Source of the DNA: the human T2T-CHM13v2.0 reference genome, Homo sapiens
Assembly: GCF_009914755.1 (NCBI RefSeq)
Contig: NC_060948.1
DNA: 64,000 nucleotides
Direction: 5' to 3' (one strand)
Part shown: in pieces, positions 55,801 to 64,000 of the stretch
Position numbering within the stretch: position 1 is the stretch's first letter
Layout: every line of letters begins with the position of its first letter
The notes under the pieces: model-generated
Databases searched by the model: none
Told to the model about the DNA's origin: nothing
What the model saw: the letters and a program-made list of their open reading frames with translations, nothing else
Made by a program: the position numbers and the translations under genes

Positions 55801-58800
55801 GAATGGAGTGGAATCAAATGGAATTGAATCGAAAGGAAAGGAAGCGAATGGACTGAAATGAAATGGAATGGAATTGAATGGAAAGTAATGCAATGGAATA
55901 GAATGGAACGAAATTTCACGGAATGGAATCAAACTGAATGGAATCAAATCAATGGAATATAATCAAATGGAATGGAAAGGAATTGAATGGAGTAGATTGG
56001 ATTGGATGGGATTGGAATGAAATGTACTGGAAAGGACTCGAATTTCATGAAACGGAATGGAATGAATTAGAACGGAATGGACTCGAATGGAATGGAATGT
56101 CATGGAATGGCATCAAATGGAATGGAATCGAATGCGATGGAATGCTGTGGAATGGAATGGAATGCATTGGAATGGAATGTCCTCTAATGGAATGTATTCG
56201 AGTGGAATGGAATCGAATATAATGGAGTCTAATGAAATGGAATTGAAAGGAATGGGACCGAATACAATGGAATATACTGGAATGTAATGTAATGAACTCG
56301 AATGTAATTGACTGGAATGGAATGTACATGAATGGAATGTAATCGAATGGAAAGCAATCCAATGGAATAGAATCTAATGCAATAAAATCGACTCAAATAG
56401 AGTAGAATGTAATGGAATGGAGTGCAGTGCAATGGAATGGAATGGAATGGAATGCAATGGAATGGAATGGAATGGAATGGAATGGGATGGAATGGTATGG
56501 AATGGATAGTAATGGACTGGAGTGAAATGGACTGGAAAAGAATGGACTCAAATTGAAAGGGCTCGAAAGGAATGGAGTCAAATGGAATGGTCTGGAATGG
56601 AATGAACACGAATGTAATGCAATCCAATGGAATGGAATCGAATGGCATGGAATATAAAGAAATGGAATCGAAGAGAATGGAAACAAATGGAATGGAATTG
56701 AATGGAATGGAATTGAATGGAATGGGAACGAATGGAGTGAAATTGTATGCAGTAGAAGAGAATAGAATGGAATGCAAGCGAAAGGAAAGGAATGGATTGG
56801 AATGGAATGGAATTCATTGGAATGGAAGGGAATGTAGTGTAATGGACAGGCCTGGAATAAAGTGGAATGCTACGGTCTCGAATGGAATAAAAATGTATGG
56901 AATGGAATGCAATGAAACGGAATCGAATGTCATAGAATGTAATGGAATGCAAAAAAATGGACTCCAAAATCATTGACTGGAAAGGCTGGGGGTCGAAAGG
57001 AATTGACTCCAATGGAATGGAATCGAATGGAATGGAAGTGAATAGAATCGAACTAAATCGAATGGAATGGAATTGATAGGAACGGAATGGAAAGGAATGC
57101 AATGATTTGGCATGGAATGGAATCGAATGGCATCGAATGGAATGGAATGGATTGCAATGGAATGGAATGTATTAGAATGTAATGAACTTTAATGGAATGT
57201 ACTCGAATGGATTCGACTGGAATGGAATGTTCAGGAAGTGAATGGACTCCAATGGAATGGATTCGAAAGGAATGGAATCTAATGGAATGGAATTAAATGG
57301 AAATGAATCAAATTGAATAGAACGGAATTGAATTGAATGGAATCGAATGCAATGGAATCTAATGAAACGGAAAGGAAAGGAATGGAATGGATTGGAATGG
57401 AATGGGCTGGAATGGAATGGAATCGAAACGAATGGAATGGAATCGAACTGAAGAGACTGGAATGGAATGCACTGGAATGGAAGGGAATGTAATGGAAGGT
57501 TCTCGAAAAAAATGGAATCGAAAGGAATGGAATTGAATGGAACGGAATAGAGTCGAATGGAATTCAATGGAATGGAATGGACTAGAGTGAAATGGAATCG
57601 AACCACAAGGAATGGACAGGAATAGAATGGTCTCGAATTGAATGGAATCGTATGGAATGGCATCAAACGGAATGGAATGGACAGCCACGGAATGGAATGG
57701 ACACCCACGGAATGGAATGCACTCGAATGCAATGGAGTCGACACTAATGGACTGGAATAGAATGGACTCGACTGGTACGGAGTCCAATGGAATGGAATCG
57801 AATGGAAGGGAATCGAACGGAATGGACTCGAAGTGAAAAGACTGCAATGGAAAGGTCTCCAATGGAATGGAAATTAATGGAATGGAATGGAATCGAATGA
57901 AATGGAGTCAAAAGGAATGGAATCGAATGGCAAGAAATCGAATGTAATGGAATCGCAAGGAATGGATGTGAACGGAACGGAATGGAATGGAATCCAAAGG
58001 AATGGAATAGAATGGAATGGAATCGAATGGAAAGGACTCGAATGGAAATCACTCGAATAGAATGCAATTTAATAAAATAGGATCAAATGTAATGGAATGG
58101 AATGGAAAGGAATAGAAATGAAAGGAATGGAGACAGATGGAATGGAATGGAACAGAGAACAATGGTATAGAATGGAATGGAATAATCTGGAATGGAATTG
58201 AATGGAATGGAATAATATGAAATGGAATGGAATGGAATGGAATGCCCTTGAATTAAATGGACTGGAATGGAATGGACTCGAACAGAGTGGAATGGAAAGT
58301 GTTGAAATAGAATGGAATGGACTCGTTTGGAATGGTCTAGTATGCAATGCAATCGACTGGCAGGGAATCAAAAGGAATGTAATCGAATGGATTGGACTGG
58401 AATGCAATGGACTCGAATAGATTGGAAACGGAAAGCAAAGGAATGGAATGGAATAGTATGGAATGGAATGGAAAGGAATGGAGTGGAATAGACTAGAGTG
58501 GAATGGAATGGACTCGAAAGCAATGGACTGGAATGGAACTTTCTTGAATGGACTGGAATCAAACGGAATGGAATGCAATGCAATCAAATGGCATGGAATA
58601 AAATAGAATGAAAGAGAATCAAATGGAATTGAATCGAATGGAATCGAATGGATTGGAAAGGAATAGAATGGAATGGAATGGAATTGACTCAAATGGAATG
58701 GACTAGAATGGAATGGATTCGAATGGAAGGCAAAGGAATGGAATCTATTGGAATGGACTGTAATGGAATGGAATGGAAGGGATTGGAATGGACTCGAATG

Positions 58801-61800
58801 GAATGGACTGCCATAGAAAGGATTCGAATGGAATGAAAAAGAATTGAATGGAATAGAACAGAATGGAATCAAGTCGAATGAAATGGAATGGAATAGAAAG
58901 GAATGGAATGAAATGGAATGGAAAGGATTCGAATGGAATGCAATCGAATGGAATGCAATCGAATGGAATGGAATCGAACGGAATGGAATAAAATGGAAGA
59001 AAACTGGCAAGAAATGGAATCGAAATGAATGGAGTGTTATGGAACGGACTCAAAAGGAATTGAATGTAATAGAATGGAGTGGAGTGGACTCGAATATAAT
59101 GGACTGGAATGGAATGAAATCACATGGAATGGGAACGAATGGAATGGAATGGAAAGGAATGGAATCGAATGGAAAGGAATCGAATGGAAGGGAATGAAAT
59201 TGAATCAACAGGAATGGAAGGGAGTAGAATAGACGGTAATGGAATGGACTCGAATAGAATGGACACGAATGCTCAAATTGAATGGACTCGAATGGAATGG
59301 AAACGAAAGGAATGTCATCGAATGGAATTGAATCGATTGGAATGAAATCACATAGAATGGAGTGGAATCAAATGGAATTGAATCGAAAGGAAAGGAAGCG
59401 AATGGACTGAAATGAAATGGAATGGAATTGAATGGAAATTAATTCAATGGAATAGAATGGAACGAAATTTCACGGAATGGAATCAAACTAAATGGAATCA
59501 AATCAATGGAATATAATCAAATGGAATGGAAAGGAATTGAATGGAGTAGATTGGATTGGATGGGATTGGAATGAAATGTACTGGAAAGGACTCGAATTTC
59601 ATGAAACGGAATGGAATGAATTAGAACGGAATGGACTCGAATGGAATGGAATGTCATGGAATGGCATCAAATGGAATGGAATCGAATGCGATGGAATGCT
59701 ATGGAATGGAATGGAATGCATTGGAATGGAATGTCCTCTAATGGAATGTATTCGAGTGGAATGGAATCGAATATAATGGAGTCTAATGAAAGGGAATTGA
59801 AAGGAATGGGACCGAATACAACGGAATATACTGGAATGTAATGTAATGAACTCGAATGTAATTGACTGGAATGGAATGTACATGAATGGAATGTAATCGA
59901 ATGGAAAGCAATCCAATGGAATAGAATCTAATGCAATAAAATCGACTCAAATAGAGTAGAATGTAATGGAATGGAGTGCAGTGCAATGGAATGGAATGGA
60001 ATGGAATGCAATGGAATGGAATGGAATGGAATGGAATGGGATGGAATGGTATGGAATGGATAGTAATGGACTGGAGTGAAATGGACTGGAAAAGAATGGA
60101 CTCAAATTGAAAGGTCTCGAAAGGAATGGAGTCAAATGGAATGGTCTGGAATGGAATGAACACGAATGTAATGCAATCCAATAGAATGGAATCGAATGGC
60201 ATGGAATATAAAGAAATGGAATCGAAGAGAATGGAAACAAATGGAATGGAATTGAATGGAATGGAATTGAATGGAATGGGAACGAATGGAGTGAAATTGT
60301 ATGCACTAGAAGAGAATAGAATGGAATGCAAGCGAAAGGAAAGGAATGGATTGGAATGGAATGGAATTCATTGGAATGGAAGGGAATGTAGTGTAATGGA
60401 CAGGCCTGGAATAAAGTGGAATGCTACGGTCTCGAATGGAATAAAAATGTATGGAATGGAATGCAATGAAACGGAATCGAATGTCATAGAATGTAATGGA
60501 ATGCAAAAAAATGGACTCCAAAATCATTGACTGGAAAGGCTGGGTGTCGAAAGGAATTGACTCCAATGGAATGGAATCGAATGGAATGGAAGTGAATAGA
60601 ATGGAACTAAATCGAATGGAATGGAATTGATAGGAACGGAATGGAAAGGAATGCAATGATTTGGCATGGAATGGAATCGAATGGCATCGAATGGAATGGA
60701 ATGGAATGCAATGGAATGGAATGTATTAGAATGTAATGAACTTTAATGGAATATACTCGAATGGATTCGACTGGAATGGAATGTTCTTGAAGTGAATGGA
60801 CTCCAATTGAATGGATTCGAAAGGAATGGAATCTAATGGAATGGAATTAAATGGAAATGAATCAAATTGAATAGAACGGAATTGAATTGAATGGAATCGA
60901 ATGCAATGGAATCTAATGAAACGGAAAGGAAAGGAATGGAATGGATTGGAATGGAATGGGCTGGAATGGAATGGAATCGAAACGAATGGAATGGAATCGA
61001 ACTGAAGAGACTGGAATGGAATGCACTGGAATGGAAGGGAATGTAATGGAAGGTTCTCGAAAAAAATGGAATCGAAAGGAATGGAATTGAATGGAACGGA
61101 ATAGAGTCGAATGGAATTCAATGGAATGGAATGGACTAGAGTGAAATGGAATCGAACCACAAGGAATGGACAGGAATAGAATGGTCTCGAATTGAATGGA
61201 ATCGTATGGAATGGCATCAAACGGAATGGAATGGACAGCCACGGAATGGAATGCACTCGAATGCAATGGAGTCGACACTAATGGACTGGAATAGAATGGA
61301 CTCGACTGGTACGGACTCCAATGGAATGGAATCGAATGGAAGGGAATCGAACGGAATGGACTCGAAGGGAAAAGACTGCAATGGAAAGGTCTCGAATGGA
61401 ATGGAAATTAATGGAATGGAATGGAATCGAATGAAATGGAGTCAAAAGGAATGGAATCGAATGGCAAGAAATTGAATGTAATGGAATCGCAAGGAATTGA
61501 TGTGAACGGAACGGAATGGAATGGAATCGAAAGGGATGGAATGGAATCGAATGGAAAGGACTCGAATGGAAATCACTCGAATAGAATGCAATTTAATAAA
61601 ATAGGATCAAATGTAATGGAATGGAATGGAAAGGAATCGAAACGAAAGGAATGGAGACAGATGGAATGGAATGGAACAGAGAGCAATGGTATAGAATGGA
61701 ATGGAATCATCTGGAATGGAATTGAATGGAATGGAATAATATGAAATGGAATGGAATGGAATGGAATGCCCTTGAATTAAATGGACTGGAATGGAATGGA

Positions 61801-62300
61801 CTCAAACAGAGTGGAATGGAAAGTGTTGAAATAGAATGGAATGGACTCGTTTGGAATGGTCTAGTATGCAATGCAATCGACTGGCAGGGAATCAAGAGGA
61901 ATGTAATCGAATGGATTGGACTGGAATGCAATGGACTCGAATAGATTGGAAACGGAATTCAAAGGAATGGAATGGAATAGTATGGAATGGAATGGAAAGG
62001 AATGGAGTGGAATAGACTAGAGTGGAATGGAATGGACTCGAAAGCAATGGACTGGAATGGAACTTTCTTGAATGGACTGGAATCAAACGGAATGGAATGC
62101 AATGCAATCAAATGGCATGGAATAAAATAGAATGAAAGAGAATCAAATGGAATTGAATCGAATGGAATCGAATGGATTGGAAAGGAATAGAATGGAATGG
62201 AATGGAATTGACTCAAATGGAATGGACTAGAATGGAATGGATTCGAATGGAAGGCAAAGGAATGGAATCTATTGGAATGGACTGTAATGGAATGGAATGG
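49900..62300 (+). repeat. Multi-unit segmental duplicate, copy 2 (B until ~55900, then A)
   Basis: Offset is 17,718 bp from 32200-44600 (17,719 upstream of a private 1-bp deletion at ~50679). It carries the same B-to-A switch at ~55885-55960. Confidence 0.88.
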
Positions 62301-62399
62301 AAGGGATTGGAATGGACTCGAATGGAATGGACTGCAATAGAAAGGATTCGAATGGAATGAAAAAGAATTGAATGGAATAGAACAGAATGGAATCAAATC

Positions 62400-64000
62400 G
62401 AATGAAATGGAATGGAATAGAAAGGAATGGAATGAAATGGAATGGAAAGGATTCGAATGGAATGCAATCGAATGGAATGGAATCGAACGGAATGGAATAA
62501 AATGGAAGAAAACTGGCAAGAAATGGAATCGAAATGAATGGAGTGTTATGGAACGGACTCAAAAGGAATTGAATGTAATAGAATGGAGTGGAGTGGACTC
62601 GAATATAATGGACTGGAATGGAATGAAATCACATGGAATGGGAACGAATGGAATGGAATGGAAAGGAATAGAATCGAATGGAAAGGAATCGAATGGAAGG
62701 GAATGAAATTGAATCAACAGGAATGGAAGGGAATAGAATAGACGGTAATGGAATGGACTCGAATAGAATGGACACGAATGCTCAAATTGAATGGACTCGA
62801 ATGGAATGGAAACGAAAGGAATGTCATCGAATGGAATTGAATCGATTGGAATGAAATCGCATAGAATGGAGTGGAATCAAATGGAATTGAATCGAAAGGA
62901 AAGGAAGCCAATGGACTGAAATGAAATGGAATGGAATGGAATGGAAAGTAATGCAATGGAATAGAATGGAACGAAATTTCACGGAATGGAATGAAACTGA
63001 ATGGAATCAAATCAATGGAATCTAATCAAGTGGAATGGAAAGGAATTGAATGGAGTAGATTGGATTGGATGGGATTGGAATGAAATGTACTGGAAAGGAC
63101 TCGAATTTCATGAAACGGAATGGAATGAATTGGAACGGAATGGACTCGAATGGAATGGAATGTCATGGAATGGCATCAAATGGAATGGCATCAAATGGAA
63201 TGGAATCGAATGCAATTGAATGCTATGGAATGGAATGGAATGCATTGGAATGGAATGTTCTCTAATGGAATGGATTCGAGTGGAATGGAATCGAATATAA
63301 TGGAGTCGAATGAAATGGAATTGAAAGGAATGGGATCGAATACAATGGAATATACTGGAATGTAATGTAATGAACTTGAATGTAATTGACTGGAATGGAA
63401 TGTACATGAATGGAATGTAATCGAATGGAAAGTAATCCAATGGAATAGAATCTAATGCAATAAAATCGACTCAGATAGAGTAGAATGTAATGGAATGGAG
63501 TGCAGTGCAATGGAATGGAATGGAATGGAATGCAATGGAATGGAATGGAATGGAATGGAATGGAATGGAATGGAATGGAATGGTGTGGAATGGATACTAA
63601 TGGACTGGAGTGAAATGGACTGGAAATGAATGGACTCAAATTGAAAGGGCTCGAAAGGAATGGAGTCAAATGGAATGGTCTGGAATGGAATGAACACGAA
63701 TGTAATGCAATCCAATAGAATGGAATCGAATGGCATGGAATATAAAGAAATGGAATCGAAGAGAATGGAAATAAATGGAATGGAATTGAATGGAATGGAA
63801 TTGAATGGAATGGGAACGAATGGAGTGAAATTGTATGCAGTAGAAGAGAATAGAATGGAATGCAAGCCAAAGGAAAGGAATGGATTGGAATGGAATGGAA
63901 TTCATTGGAATGGAAGGGAATGTAGTGTAATGGACAGGCCTGGAATAAAGTGGAATGCTACGGTCTCGAATGGAATAAAAATGTATGGAATGGAATGCAA
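62400..64000 (+). repeat. Subfamily B segment most similar to 30550-32130 (offset ~31,854 bp, nine units)
   Basis: Shared private variants: GGAAGCCAATGG (~31050/~62904), GGAATGAAACTG, AACTTGAATG and ATGGTGTGGA (~31711/~63580). ORF starts are 31147 and 63001. Confidence 0.8.

Larger units (their letters stand above)
1..64000 (+). repeat. DYZ1: Human satellite III (HSat3) array, DYZ1-type (Yq12 heterochromatin), GGAAT strand on +
   Basis: Continuous diverged GGAAT/AATGG pentamers with ATCGA, ACTCG and AATTG variants, and a ~3.54 kb higher-order period. One conserved AGGCCT site and one conserved EcoRI site (GGAATTCATTGG) occur per unit. One unit (42685-46248) is 3564 bp, the length I recall for the cloned DYZ1 unit. 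It contains matches to the DYZ1 sexing primers as I recall them (TTGAATGGAATGGGAACGAATGG at 3657-3679; reverse complement of TCCACTTTATTCCAGGCCTGTCC at 3788-3810). Confidence 0.96.

Noticed and set aside
7-63905. Hundreds of 60-313 aa ORFs on both strands (MEWNG-like on +, IPFHS-like on -)
   Set aside because: (GGAAT)n has no stop codon in any frame and supplies an ATG every 5 bp. The ORFs overlap in all frames, recur with the satellite period, show no domain-like sequence, and open or close with single substitutions. They are not called as CDS.
1-64000. Possible CRISPR-like or other repeat-spacer array
   Set aside because: There are no unique spacers between constant repeats and no cas or other genes. 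The variable segments are degenerate pentamers that recur every ~3.54 kb.
1-64000. DYZ2 (HSat1B/Alu-containing AT-rich 2.4 kb unit), Alu/L1 insertion, or strand inversion
   Set aside because: No such sequence was seen. The GGAAT strand stays on + throughout and all landmarks keep the same order.
1-64000. HSat2 or the chr9-type HSat3 array as alternative identity
   Set aside because: The CATTCGATTC-dominated HSat2 pattern and a ~1.8 kb period are absent. The 3.5 kb period, single HaeIII site and primer-site matches point to DYZ1.
1-64000. Telomeric repeat or G-quadruplex array
   Set aside because: There are no TTAGGG tracts. G-runs are almost all GG, with only isolated GGG, so canonical three-tier G4 motifs are lacking.

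Overview
The whole 64 kb window is one uninterrupted, same-orientation tandem array of diverged (GGAAT)n pentamers (human satellite III, HSat3). It is organised into a ~3.5 kb higher-order unit that matches DYZ1, the Yq12 heterochromatin satellite of the human Y chromosome. A single AGGCCT (StuI/HaeIII) landmark recurs 19 times (GGCC at 254, 3793, 7347, 10901, 14455, 17969, 21473, 24991, 28529, 32068, 35607, 39131, 42685, 46249, 49787, 53325, 56849, 60403, 63937). These define 18 complete units, U1-U18, of 3504-3564 bp (mean ~3538). I see no credible genes, RNA genes, transposons, CRISPR arrays or inversions. All listed ORFs are artefacts of a stop-free pentamer (MEWNG / IPFHS peptides). I found no evidence of a new gene-encoded system. 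The informative signal is internal architecture: two interleaved unit subfamilies with mid-unit switch points, recent 3x and 2x single-unit amplifications, a ~12.5 kb block duplicated exactly five units away (17,718 bp), divergent islands, dispersed patches of shared variants, and indels quantised in 5/10/15/20 bp. All comparisons were made by eye and from ORF-track offsets, so block edges are approximate.
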